The notes beneath the pieces were generated by a model that worked only from the letters and a program-made list of their open reading frames with translations, made no database searches and was not told where the DNA came from. Made by a program: the position numbers and the translations under genes. DNA of 64,000 nt from a virus (taxonomy: Duplodnaviria; Caudoviricetes), in the IMG/VR virus record IMGVR_UViG_3300027754_000037, one strand, 5' to 3'. Below, in pieces: positions 18,134 through 29,200 of this stretch. Position 1 is the stretch's first letter. Every line of letters starts with the position of its first letter.

Positions 18134-19159
18134 ATGGCATTTTATCAAAATCTTTTCAACGAATATCTCGGCAACTATGTTGTGGGCGATTCCAGAGCTT
18201 TCACGCTGACCTTTAAGGTTCCGCAAAATCGCAACCACGGTGAGTTTTTTATCTGCTGGAATTCTGGTCCTTTTGACTTATCAAGCGTAGGCCCCGATTT
18301 AACCTTTAATTACGCTTTTGGGCCAGACTTTAAAAATTGGTCTAGCTTTACCGTAAGTTTAGGCACAATGTCTTCTGTTACAGCCTATGATCTGGTTGCA
18401 GCTTTAAACAGCGATACTGTATTTGAACAATTCTTTTCGGCATCTCTCTACAACGGCAAACAAATTGGAATTCGACAGTTAAAACCAGCTTCTGTCATGA
18501 AAAGCTATGTTTCAAACAGTAATACGGAATTAGTCTTCGGATTCAACAAGTATGCTGGATATGCTGATATACCCTCTTACTTTGACAAAGATACAATCAA
18601 TAACAGATTTGCAACGCCTGAATCTAACGGACAACTCGTCAGAATCGGCAAAAATATTGTTGGAAATAATGTAGACAACCCAACTGAGGTATTGTGTCCG
18701 GGGCATGGTTTTGCTAATGGAGATGAAGTATACTTTGCCAATAGCAACTCAACTCCATCATTGGATGGATTGCAAATCGTAACGGTAGTTGATGATGATG
18801 CTTTTACTGTAGCTGTCAATGTCACAATCGCTGGAAATACTGGCGATGTTTTCACAGATAGTGAAGTTACAGTTCTTGCCAACGCCGGTTTGAACTACGA
18901 AGATGTTAAACAAGATTATAAACACCTCGGTGGACGCTGCGGAGCTTTTCTTTGCACCATCAACATCGTTGACGGCTCTGATCGTATCACAAACCAATTG
19001 ATTTATCAGACAGGTGCAAAAACAGGCATGTTGGGTACAAAAATTTGCTACACTTACACCAATTCAAACAAAAATCCCGATTCAATATTCTCGCAGCCTT
19101 ATGTTCTTACTGAAAATGATCTGCTAGGCCCGTGCACCGAGCTTGAGCCTGAGCTTTAG
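18134..19159 (+). CDS. Putative virion structural protein
   Basis: Contains GHGFANGDEVYF...G...VTVVDDDAFTV module common in phage tail/structural proteins. Confidence 0.6.
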   Translation: MAFYQNLFNEYLGNYVVGDSRAFTLTFKVPQNRNHGEFFICWNSGPFDLSSVGPDLTFNYAFGPDFKNWSSFTVSLGTMSSVTAYDLVAALNSDTVFEQFFSASLYNGKQIGIRQLKPASVMKSYVSNSNTELVFGFNKYAGYADIPSYFDKDTINNRFATPESNGQLVRIGKNIVGNNVDNPTEVLCPGHGFANGDEVYFANSNSTPSLDGLQIVTVVDDDAFTVAVNVTIAGNTGDVFTDSEVTVLANAGLNYEDVKQDYKHLGGRCGAFLCTINIVDGSDRITNQLIYQTGAKTGMLGTKICYTYTNSNKNPDSIFSQPYVLTENDLLGPCTELEPEL

Positions 19160-19319
19160 CCTGCTTAAAATCAAAATAACTCCAAGTTTCTGCTGATAAA
19201 CCCATATCATACACAGGAACAACAATTGTAGATTTAAACGAAAAAGGCAAGTTGTGTATCTTTACACAGCTTGCCCAATCGTTTGATAGTAATTTTTTCC
19301 ATGCTTCATATGAGGGCAT
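19107..19319 (-). CDS. Small hypothetical protein
   Basis: GAGGA SD; N-terminus MPSYEAWKKL; 53-bp convergent overlap. Confidence 0.55.
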   Translation of the reverse strand: MPSYEAWKKLLSNDWASCVKIHNLPFSFKSTIVVPVYDMGLSAETWSYFDFKQAKAQAQARCTGLADHFQ

Positions 19320-19334
19320 GACATTCCTCTTGTA

Positions 19335-19853
19335 TTACATGAAAAAGAGAATATAGCCCAAACCAATAATTTGAGCAGCAATAACAACCAAAAGCAATTT
19401 GTCCATCATGGACATACCATCCTTTTGTGGTTTTGTCATGTTTTCAAGTTCCTCCGCTAAACCTAAACTTTTAACAACTTTTTTGGGAGATTCAGTTTTA
19501 GCTGCTGCCAAAACTTTGACTTCCTCCTTGTTCTTAAAGGAGCCCAAAACTGCAAGGAGCTCTTCTTTGGTCACAAAGTTGCTCTCTCCACCCTTGGTTC
19601 CAACAAGTGCTTCAATCTTTTCCTCCACGACATTGCCGCTCACAGGGTCAACGACCTCAATCTTGCGCTCATACAACATCGGCTTGGTGCGCTCGATGAT
19701 GCGTTGTTGCAATTTCAAAGGACGCTCGTCCTCAACATGCAACTCAACAATTTTTTCTCCTTGCCCATCGGCATTTTTGATCTCAACGACTCTGCGCTCG
19801 GCTCTTCTGCCGTCTTCCAAAGTCCACTTTTCTACCTTCAGATTATCATCCAT
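19335..19853 (-). CDS. C-terminally anchored membrane protein
   Basis: Likely start MDDNLK; C-terminal TM LLLVVIAAQIIGLGYILFFM. Confidence 0.7.
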   Translation of the reverse strand: MDDNLKVEKWTLEDGRRAERRVVEIKNADGQGEKIVELHVEDERPLKLQQRIIERTKPMLYERKIEVVDPVSGNVVEEKIEALVGTKGGESNFVTKEELLAVLGSFKNKEEVKVLAAAKTESPKKVVKSLGLAEELENMTKPQKDGMSMMDKLLLVVIAAQIIGLGYILFFM

Positions 19854-19887
19854 TTTTACTCCCTTTGACTCGTAGGATGTGCTACAC

Positions 19888-20265
19888 TTATTTATCCCGC
19901 TTGTCGTCAATTTTGGGTTGTACTTTCACACCAGAAATCATGACTTTTTGCTTATTAAAATGATTTTCCGCTAAAATTTCAGCATTTTGCAAAGCAATTT
20001 CTTTTGATGAAGCAATTACATCACTTAAATTCTTATATTCTACACCAAGTCCACGGTTGTAACGCACAGTCACAGCCCAAGTTGCTTCTCTGGGAGTCTT
20101 CAATAGTTGCGAAGCCAACTCTATGGCCTCTGCATATGAATCACACTCATGAGGTTCTATTCGATAATGACTCGATGGAACTGATTCCTTTTTTACTATA
20201 AACTTTCCAGCAGAAGGATAAATCATGAAACCGCTTAATAAGAGGTCTCGAATTTCGTTGCCCAT
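19888..20265 (-). CDS. Hypothetical protein
   Basis: AAGGAG SD before MGNEIR. Confidence 0.65.
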   Translation of the reverse strand: MGNEIRDLLLSGFMIYPSAGKFIVKKESVPSSHYRIEPHECDSYAEAIELASQLLKTPREATWAVTVRYNRGLGVEYKNLSDVIASSKEIALQNAEILAENHFNKQKVMISGVKVQPKIDDKRDK

Positions 20266-20294
20266 ATAACACTCCTTCGATGGTTTCCTACATT

Positions 20295-20816
20295 TTAAGT
20301 AAGTCCCCATTTAGATTTGAATTCATCAAAAATTTCCTTTCTTTTCTTATCTGCTTCTTCAATCATTTTCTTGCGTTCAAGTGGTTTCTGCCGCCTCTCA
20401 ATCAACTTGGCCGACTTGTAAAACGATTCTGCGCTTTCTTCCCAGACACCCGGAGCAAATCTCTCCAGTTCTCCAGCGATTTCTCGATATACTTTTCTCC
20501 CTTCAAATTCTACTACAATTTCTTTGTTGTAATGATGAACAAATATGGAAAGATTCGTTCCACGAGATAACCCGTCAAAATGCAAACCTATCTCATAACT
20601 GTTGTCGTCCTCCTCTAAAGTCGGTAAACTTTCATCCATAAATTCGGCAGCAAAAGGGTCTTCCAAAAAAGTTTGTTTATAACAACTACTGCCCTGCTGC
20701 AACACAGACTCTCCCAATCTTCGTGCTATGGCTGAAAACTTGCCCTCCATGCCCGTGTAGCCCTTCTTCATGGCTTCGGTAGTCCTCGCCTCTCTCAACC
20801 TGTCTTCACGATTCAT
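20295..20816 (-). CDS. Hypothetical protein
   Basis: 173 aa, GAGG SD. Confidence 0.7.
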   Translation of the reverse strand: MNREDRLREARTTEAMKKGYTGMEGKFSAIARRLGESVLQQGSSCYKQTFLEDPFAAEFMDESLPTLEEDDNSYEIGLHFDGLSRGTNLSIFVHHYNKEIVVEFEGRKVYREIAGELERFAPGVWEESAESFYKSAKLIERRQKPLERKKMIEEADKKRKEIFDEFKSKWGLT

Positions 20817-20872
20817 GTTTCAACCTCTGACCACTATATACATATGCGTCTTTCACTTTATAAAGGAGCAAT

Positions 20873-22573
20873 ATGATAAAAGGATTGATCAATTGGCTGA
20901 TAAGAAAAAAAGACCAAGTAGTGCAAGGATTGGCAATCGCTACGCCCAAAGCGTCTCCAAAACCAGTTGTAGCAACAAATAAAACATACCTTGTTGATGC
21001 ATCAGAGCCTCTATATGTAATCAACGAAACGATTACCGCAAACATTCTCCCTATGCGTGCCATTGGCGAAACTACAGGTGGACAAACCTTGGGCAGCATA
21101 CCCCAGCAGGCTTTGGCACTTCGTCAAATTGTCAACAATGCACTTTCCTACATGAAGTCCAAAAGCCCAAAAACAATCAATAAATGGGCTTCAACTTCCG
21201 CATTAAATCTCTATCCCAGAGCAGGCCAAGACATCAACGCATACTACGACAGAAGCTCACTCAAATTCTTTTATTTTAAAGACACAGTCAGAAATAAAAA
21301 TATTTTCGCATGTGATTCCAGAAGCGTTGTCGCCCACGAATTTGGCCACGCTTTTCTCGATATTATAAGACCAGACCTGTGGAGCCTCGCAGCACCAGAA
21401 GTCTGGGCTTTTCATGAGGCTTTTGGTGACATCACAGCACTTATTAGCGGCTTGCAATTTCCACAACTCATAGACAAGGCACTTGCCGACACAGGTTCTG
21501 ATCTCACTAAATCGAATGTGATCAGTAAATTGGCCATAGACATGGGTGTAGGGCTCTACAACCTCACCAATGGCACAGATGGCGAACTCAGCAACTGTCT
21601 TCGTGATCTTTCCATCAAGTTTAAATATGTAAAGCCAGAAACCCTTCCTACACATGGACCTGACAATATTCTCATCAACGAATCACACAACTTTAGCCGT
21701 GTTTTCAGCAGCATGTTTTACGATCTGCTTCTACGCATAATGAACAAAAACATCACCACAGGACAAACTGCTAAAGTTGCCCTTACAGCAGCCCGTGACA
21801 CAATCACGAGCTACTTCCTGCAAGCTTGCACAAAAGCAGCGGCTTCAACAAGATTTTTCAAATCTGTCTGCCAAGAAATGCTTCTCGCAGATCAAAGAAA
21901 TGGCAACAAATATCAGCAAATTATGACTCAATGTTTTACCGATAGCAAAATTACTACCGCTCCAATAGCCATGCTCAGAACCATGTCTCTTGAAGATGTT
22001 TTGAACAACATTAAAGACGAATATGAAATCGATGACGAAGATATGATCGTTGTCAGAACCACTTCTTCAAAAACAATCAAACTTGTTGATGAAGCAGGAA
22101 TTTTAGCCCTTCACTACAATCCTCTTCTCAGCGTTGAAGTCGAAATTGCTGCACAATCAGCCTACTTTTTTTCTCCCGAAGGACAGCTTGAGCATGTAGA
22201 AGAAACAACACATGCTGAAGTTGTTGAAGCGGCACTCAACTGTCTCAATCAACTGAATATAAAAAATTTGGTTGGAAATCACGACAAGGCTATTTTTGAA
22301 GTGATCAACAACAAACTTGTTCGCAAACAAATAGCATGTAGTTGCAACAAACCAAATTACTGCATTCCCGGTTCACCTGAATACCAAAAACCTTGGAAAC
22401 CCAAGAACAACTCAGGCTGCATCAAGTGCGGAAAAGGATGCGAACCCAAACCCTGTGACTGCGCTTCTCCTCCTGCTCCAACCCCTCCTAAAATTGGCTG
22501 TTACACCAAGGTAAGCACAGGGGGAATTACAAAATATTCAGTCGGAAGCAGCATTTCGAGGAAGGTCTGCTGA
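20873..22573 (+). CDS. M4/M36-type zinc metalloprotease with Cys-rich tail
   Basis: INAYY, VVAHEFGH (HExxH), FHEAFGD third ligand, ESH; Cys-rich last ~75 aa. Confidence 0.85.
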   Translation: MIKGLINWLIRKKDQVVQGLAIATPKASPKPVVATNKTYLVDASEPLYVINETITANILPMRAIGETTGGQTLGSIPQQALALRQIVNNALSYMKSKSPKTINKWASTSALNLYPRAGQDINAYYDRSSLKFFYFKDTVRNKNIFACDSRSVVAHEFGHAFLDIIRPDLWSLAAPEVWAFHEAFGDITALISGLQFPQLIDKALADTGSDLTKSNVISKLAIDMGVGLYNLTNGTDGELSNCLRDLSIKFKYVKPETLPTHGPDNILINESHNFSRVFSSMFYDLLLRIMNKNITTGQTAKVALTAARDTITSYFLQACTKAAASTRFFKSVCQEMLLADQRNGNKYQQIMTQCFTDSKITTAPIAMLRTMSLEDVLNNIKDEYEIDDEDMIVVRTTSSKTIKLVDEAGILALHYNPLLSVEVEIAAQSAYFFSPEGQLEHVEETTHAEVVEAALNCLNQLNIKNLVGNHDKAIFEVINNKLVRKQIACSCNKPNYCIPGSPEYQKPWKPKNNSGCIKCGKGCEPKPCDCASPPAPTPPKIGCYTKVSTGGITKYSVGSSISRKVC

Positions 22574-23005
22574 TTTGCGAAGCCTGTTCTTTAGACGAAC
22601 AGGCCTGCCCTCATCGTCATAATTAATTGTGTTTGTATTCGCATCAATCTGATGGTAGATAAGTTCTGCATAAGGCTTGTTACCCATAAAATTGATGCGG
22701 ATTTTTACTTCCGTGATGTGTGGTTTGGCTTCTCTAATCCTGATTTTAAATTTATCACCATCGCCAGCAACTATGTAATATCCATATGATGTTTCTTCTT
22801 CTTTCACAATCGGATAATTCAGTTCCTTTAGTGAATTCTTTGTGGCTCGATACATATTTTTAACTTCTTCGTTGTAATACTTGTGAGCCTCGCCATCTTT
22901 CCACATGATATATCCAGTTACTATTGGACCATAGATAAAAGAAGCGAAACTACAACCTGTTAAAGAAATAATTAAAAAATATAAAAATAAAACTATTTTT
23001 TTCAT
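22538..23005 (-). CDS. Lipoprotein, DUF3568-like
   Basis: Lipobox LTGC; Y.AT...LKEL...KIRI...TEVKIRI...G layout. Confidence 0.65.
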   Translation of the reverse strand: MKKIVLFLYFLIISLTGCSFASFIYGPIVTGYIMWKDGEAHKYYNEEVKNMYRATKNSLKELNYPIVKEEETSYGYYIVAGDGDKFKIRIREAKPHITEVKIRINFMGNKPYAELIYHQIDANTNTINYDDEGRPVRLKNRLRKSADLPRNAASD

Positions 23006-23057
23006 GACATCCTCCTATATTATTTATTATTCATCCCGTAACAAAAGGAGAATATCC

Positions 23058-23342
<285 letters not shown>

Positions 23343-23363
23343 TTTTCGTCATTATTTTCATCA

Positions 23364-23393
23364 AAGCCCAGCTTTTCGCTGGGCTTATTTTTT
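23364..23393 (+). terminator. Rho-independent terminator
   Basis: AAGCCCAGC-TTTTC-GCTGGGCTT then ATTTTTT. Confidence 0.8.
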
Positions 23394-23489
23394 CGATATT
23401 CAAAAATCAACTCATATATATTTTAGTATTATATCAAGATAAATATTATGACAACATCGAACAATACTCTTAACATGACAAGGAGGTTC

Positions 23490-24206
23490 ATGAAAAGATT
23501 TTTTGCGTTTTTTGCTGCTGTTGCGACAGTTTTGCCTGCAATAGCACAAGCGCCATCAGTTGACGATATAAGAAATCGTCAATACCCAAATGTTTATCTG
23601 GCAGCAGACACTAATCCCATCGCAGCCATCGAAGGCGCTGTCGATGAAGATCTTGCTGATGTCATGGTCCCAGTTCCCATAAAGGATAGGGTCTTCAATA
23701 AAACCGGCATTCAATGCGTCTGGGCTTCTACAGAACTACTCGGCAGATATGCCGAAGAGCCTAAACTGATCGGACTTACCAACGATTCTGAATGCAAAAG
23801 CTACGCAAACACATACAGTTTTTCACGCAAAATGAAACAACTCAATGTCAAATTTGAAACAACCACGGACCCCCGTGACCGTAGCCTTATCATCAAAAGC
23901 GTTGTCAAAGAACGCCGTGGTTGCCTGTTCTGCATCCCCGGCCACGCTATGGTCTTAGTCCACTATGATGAAAAAAAAGGCATCGTTAAATATATCAACA
24001 ACAGCGATAGAAGCCTCGCTATCAGAACTTGGACTATGGCAGAATTCAACCGCCACTTCGATGGATGGGTTTCAGCAGTTTACGCTGATAACGACATCGT
24101 CCCCTTAAAATACACTCCTAAAATTCCAGACCTACCCATCATCGACCGTGGACAGGAAAAACAAGCTTACGACAAGGAATACATCCTGCAACCTTTGAAG
24201 CAATAA
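23490..24206 (+). CDS. Exported papain-like (C39-type) cysteine peptidase
   Basis: AGGAGG SD, signal peptide (..AIA), QCVWAS (Cys), GHAMVL (His), INNSD. Confidence 0.7.
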   Translation: MKRFFAFFAAVATVLPAIAQAPSVDDIRNRQYPNVYLAADTNPIAAIEGAVDEDLADVMVPVPIKDRVFNKTGIQCVWASTELLGRYAEEPKLIGLTNDSECKSYANTYSFSRKMKQLNVKFETTTDPRDRSLIIKSVVKERRGCLFCIPGHAMVLVHYDEKKGIVKYINNSDRSLAIRTWTMAEFNRHFDGWVSAVYADNDIVPLKYTPKIPDLPIIDRGQEKQAYDKEYILQPLKQ

Positions 24207-24209
24207 ACT

Positions 24210-24244
24210 AAACCCGCCCTAAAAAGGCGGGTTTTTATTTTTTC
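24210..24244. terminator. Terminator between convergent genes
   Basis: AAACCCGCC-CTAAAAA-GGCGGGTTT followed by T-rich run. Confidence 0.8.
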
Positions 24245-24468
24245 TTGTCGCAATTACAGTCTTTTTTCATATAGCGAATCTTGTTTTTGCGGTTTTTTGC
24301 TGTAATTGGGAGTTCATTGTCCGAATATGTGGGAAATGCTCCCGGTGCAATCATTCTCTTGGCAACTCCATCGCCACCATCGCCCTCGTCCTCCACACTA
24401 GAAGGATCGTTGGCGCTCCCGCCAAACCACTCTTTTTTGTTCAGATAATCAAGGAAAGATTGCTTCAT
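24235..24468 (-). CDS. Small protein with CTS-like N-terminus
   Basis: MKQSFLDYLNKKE; basic C-terminus with CNC. Confidence 0.6.
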   Translation of the reverse strand: MKQSFLDYLNKKEWFGGSANDPSSVEDEGDGGDGVAKRMIAPGAFPTYSDNELPITAKNRKNKIRYMKKDCNCDKKK

Positions 24469-24509
24469 AATGAATATATAGTTTGCCGACATATTTTACA
24501 AGGAGGGTC

Positions 24510-25580
24510 ATGAAAAACGATTTTTCAAAACTGATGCTGATTGGAATCTTATCCCTTGCCTTAGTCTTAATATTTAATCTAAAAACAAAGTCTTACCCTG
24601 AGCCTAAAGTTGCTCAGGTTCCAAAAAAAATAGTTCCTGAAGCAGGACCGCAAACATATCCAGAACCAAAATCTCCACAGATTTCCAACCCTATTCCAAA
24701 ACACCTCTCCTATCCTCAAACCGTCGAACAACTTAAAAATTGGAATAAAGAAGCTCCAGAACTCACAGAAGTTGGCATATACGGCCAATCTAAAAAGGGC
24801 ACAGACCTGTTTTATATTCGAGTCAATAATAAATTAGATAAAAATACCAAACCAGTCATTCTTATTACAGCTTGCATTCACGGAAATGAATCATGGAGCG
24901 CAGGTATCACTATGGGATACTTGGGCAATTTACTCAAGAATTATTCTACCGATCCCAAAATAAAAGCACTCATAAATTCTCGTGATATTTATTTTATTCC
25001 AGTTGTTTCTCCCGACAGTTATACCCAGCAGAGATTTGTTGATGGAGTTGATCCCAACCGTGACTTCCCCACTCCTAAAAACAAAACACACCAAAGCACT
25101 CCCAGCGTTGCTGCACTCCGTGAATTCTACTGGAAAATTAAACCACACGCAGTTTTGTCAGGACACACATACGGCAGGCTTTTTCTCATTCCTTACGGCG
25201 ATCAATATGGGAAAAATTCCAACCAATCTGATTATGATGCGATTGTTGGCAAAATGGCTAAAATGGCCAATTACAAAATGATTCATTGCGTTGAACTTTA
25301 CAAATCACCAATCGACGGTACTGAAGTTGACTGGTTCTATCGAAACGGCAGCTTTGCTGCTGTTATCGAATACGGCACCCACCAACACAAACCCAGTCTG
25401 CAAGAAATTAAAGACGAACTTAAGTGCACCCAAGATGCAATTACATATTTCATAGAAAAATCACCAGATATCAAAATTACTACGGTAGATAATGAAATTG
25501 ACTTTAGCCAGAACACAGGAATTGCAAAAGAATATCACCGCAACTCCGATGGTGCTCTAAAATCAATTAATCCTCACTAA
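24510..25580 (+). CDS. Membrane-anchored M14 zinc carboxypeptidase
   Basis: AGGAGG SD, N-terminal TM, CIHGNE (HxxE), VDPNRDF, SGHTYG, IEYG. Confidence 0.92.
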   Translation: MKNDFSKLMLIGILSLALVLIFNLKTKSYPEPKVAQVPKKIVPEAGPQTYPEPKSPQISNPIPKHLSYPQTVEQLKNWNKEAPELTEVGIYGQSKKGTDLFYIRVNNKLDKNTKPVILITACIHGNESWSAGITMGYLGNLLKNYSTDPKIKALINSRDIYFIPVVSPDSYTQQRFVDGVDPNRDFPTPKNKTHQSTPSVAALREFYWKIKPHAVLSGHTYGRLFLIPYGDQYGKNSNQSDYDAIVGKMAKMANYKMIHCVELYKSPIDGTEVDWFYRNGSFAAVIEYGTHQHKPSLQEIKDELKCTQDAITYFIEKSPDIKITTVDNEIDFSQNTGIAKEYHRNSDGALKSINPH

Positions 25581-26165
25581 ATTCTGAGTCATAAGATAAA
25601 GATAACGCTCATAGGAATCCCTCAAAACATTCATCTCCTTGGGCGTTATCGCATCTAAATTGAATGTTCTCTGAAAAGGAATCAATAAATTTGGATCAAA
25701 ATTGATACTTGTTTTTAGTCCTAAATATTTCTCAAGCAAACCAATACCACGACTACTTGCCAAATCATCATATGTCAATAACAATGACCCCGATGATTTT
25801 TTTGACATTTCATAAAGTCTGCGTAACCTAAAACTGTAATACCTGCAAGCAAATGATGGATTTCTTTTTTCGTTGCCAATCATATAGCCCATCACAGCTT
25901 CCGGTTCTCTCAACACAAATATTAACTTGCAGTAATCATAAGCCGATTTGGTACTAATTTGATGATTCCTTACAACCTCGTCCAAAAAAATTGCTGATTT
26001 ATTGCCTAATTTATGATGATTTTTTGTTAGATAATAGAAATTCAAGGGGCTTTCATATCTGTTTTTGTTTCTAAAACCCTGAATCCTAATATGATCATTC
26101 AACGACTCATATAAGGCTGTCGATCCTGAATACTCATGACTGCAAATTAAAACTATTTTTTTCAT
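25563..26165 (-). CDS. Sulfotransferase-like P-loop protein
   Basis: HEYSGSTAL (5'-PSB-like), IFVLREP, LLTYDDL; likely start MKKIVL. Confidence 0.6.
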   Translation of the reverse strand: MKKIVLICSHEYSGSTALYESLNDHIRIQGFRNKNRYESPLNFYYLTKNHHKLGNKSAIFLDEVVRNHQISTKSAYDYCKLIFVLREPEAVMGYMIGNEKRNPSFACRYYSFRLRRLYEMSKKSSGSLLLTYDDLASSRGIGLLEKYLGLKTSINFDPNLLIPFQRTFNLDAITPKEMNVLRDSYERYLYLMTQNLVRIN

Positions 26166-26236
26166 AATGTCCTTTGGAAGAAAAATACCTTTACTTTGAT
26201 AACTAAAACAAGCGTGATTATGCAAGGGAACTAAAA

Positions 26237-29200
26237 ATGGCTCCGTTATGGTCTGATTTTTTCAAGCTTTTTTCCTACTCCAGCGAAGCCGATCCGCTCG
26301 CTCGCCGTAAAGATCCCCGTCAATTCAGTTCCGCAGGCATCAGCCAACCAGAAGCTATCGGCGCAGATATCAACAATCCGCAGAATGTAAGCGGAGGACT
26401 CAGCAGCTACCGCCAAACAAATGACATGATTGACACCACTACGCTGTCAAATCGTGCTATGCGTTATAAAGAGTATGAAAGACTTCGTAATGTTCCAGAA
26501 ATCGAAGCTGCCATGACCGTCTTTGCAGACGAATCTTGTGTTGCCGGTAACACTAAAATTGCCACTCCCTTTGGATTTATCACCATCAAGGAGCTCACAG
26601 AAAAAAGAGCCGACGAAAGATTTCTTGTTTATTGCTATGATTTTGAGAAAAAAGACTACACCTTGGGCTGGGCATACTCTCCACGAATCGTAAAGCGTGC
26701 CCCCACCATCACAGTCGTCCTCGATGATGGATCAACATTCACAGCCACAGAAGACCACCGTGTTCTGAAAAAAGACGGTACTTGGTGCGAAACAGGAGAC
26801 CTTGAAGTCGAAGATGAACTCATGCCCTTTTACCGTGTGAAAGCCAGCCAAAATCACACCAGACTGAGAACAGCACAATACCCCAGAATCTACACCAAAA
26901 ATAAAGGCTGGATTCACGAAAGACAATTTGTAGACGACTGGAGAACAGGCAAAATAACTCCAAAAATGCAAGCCGTAAATCTGGGATGTAGACTATACGC
27001 AGATGGACTTAAAACTGTACAAGTCGCTGAAAGACTTGGACACGATTGGAGAACAGTTGGAGAATGGCTCGCACGAGAGGGATTTACTACCAAGGAAATT
27101 AAAAGACTCAATCGATTTGAAAAAGAAAGAAGAATCATAGGCATCGAACCCGGACCAGTTCAGGATGTCTACGACCTCTCCGTCGAAAAACACATGTGCT
27201 TTGCCACCGATAGCGTCATTCTCCACAACTGCCAGAAAGACGAAAATGGCAATATTATCAAAATTACCACGGAAAACCAAGATATAAAAGATGAGATTGA
27301 TTTTCTGCTCATGAACCGCAAAATGCTCAACCTCAACAGAAATGCATGGGTTTGGTTCAAAAATCTCTGCATTTCAGGTGACTATTTTGTTGAACTCGTA
27401 ATCAATCCAGAAAATCCCAAAGAAGGCATATACAGAACCATGCCTCTCCCATGCGAAACAATGTATCGCATCGAAACAGTCAAAGGCAAAATTATTGAAT
27501 ATCAACAAAGCAAAGAAGGACCAGATTATCAAGCCATCGTGCGTGGCTCCGTAAACGATATGACCGATACAGAACTCAACCAAACAACAGCTATACGCTT
27601 TGCACCAAGCCAAATCGTTCACTTCCGAATCGGTGATGATCGCAAAACCTTCTATCCCTACGGCCAATCCCTAATCGAACCAGCCCGTGGACCAGCACAT
27701 AGTCTCAGAATGCTAGAAGATGCTATGGTTGTGTATCGACTTTGCCTTGTTGGCGATACAGTCATAAGTTTACAAAACGGAACAAAAAATATTCGTGATA
27801 TCAAGGTTGGCGACACAGTCCTATCCTACGATTGCGACGGAAAATTGATTCCAACCAAAGTCGTTTGTCATGTTAACAACGGAATTCAAAATGTTTTCTC
27901 AGTCAATAGCAAGCACATTGAAATCGTTGGAACAGCAACACATCCCTTACTCGTTAATCGTCAAGGCGTATTGCAATATGTCGATATTCAAGATTTGATT
28001 CCAAAAACCGACAAGCTCATTTGCGTTACAAGAAATGACAATGTATTGACGCAAATACCCAAGTCTACTAAAGAACCTTGGGCCAAACTTTCCTCAGAAA
28101 TGCGAACCGCATTTAGAAATGGAAATTATGAAAATATTTCCAAACTTCTCAAAAATTGCAAAGTAAAAGATAACAGAGCCAAACAGTTTTTGTATGCCGA
28201 AAGCAAAGCCTTGCCTATCAATTTAGCCAAAAATGTTTGCGATATTTTTGAACTCGATCACTCAAAACTCATCATCACTAAAAAAAGTCAAGTTTATTCT
28301 GAAAAAATCAATCTTCCAAAATTTGTTGATGAAGAATTTGCAAGATTGTTTGGATTCTTGATTGGGGATGGTTCCATTTCAAGAAAATTATGCAGAATTG
28401 TTTTTTCTGCTGGCGAAAAGCAAGAAGTCAATCAAAAGTATGCAGGCCTGCTGCAAAAGTATTTTGGTAAGGTATCATACAACCCAGATAAACGAGGAAA
28501 ATTTGGTAATTACTGCGTCTCATCCGCAAGAGGCGCTGAAATTTTCTTGGAATTGGGCTACATCCCCGGAGCAAAAAACAAAAGAATTCCACAATGGGTG
28601 TTTACATCCAACCCCGAAATTCGCAAAGCTTTTGTAGAAGGAATTAGTGATGCTCATGGTTGCCAAAGAACAACATTCAAGGGAACTTGGTTTTCCACGA
28701 TTGAAATTTGCAACAAAGAACTTGTGAAAGACATCAAAAGCGTTTGGGCATCAATCGGTCTTTCTTCTGGTAAAATTAAAGAAAGACAAAGAAAAGGTGG
28801 TCACGAAATCACCAAAAATAGTTTGATGAAATCTACCACATCACATTCCATAACAATAAGCGAAAAAGAATTGCCTCAGTATGAAAATGTTTGTAGCATC
28901 ACGCCCTGTGGTCAAGAAGAAGTTTATGACATCACGGTAGACAATGAACTACACAATTTCATAGCAAACGGTACACCTACCCATAACACACGGGCACCTG
29001 AAAGAAGGGTTTTTTATATTGATGTTGGCCAATTGCCTCCTTTCAAAGCTGAAGCTTTTATGGACCGCATCAAGGATCAATTCCGCAAAAGAAAAGTCAC
29101 TAGCAACAGCGGAAGTCCCGGAGCAAACCAAGTTGAAGAAAAATGGATGCCTCCAGCACAAGACGAAGACTACTGGTTGCCAATTCGTCCAAATAGCAAC

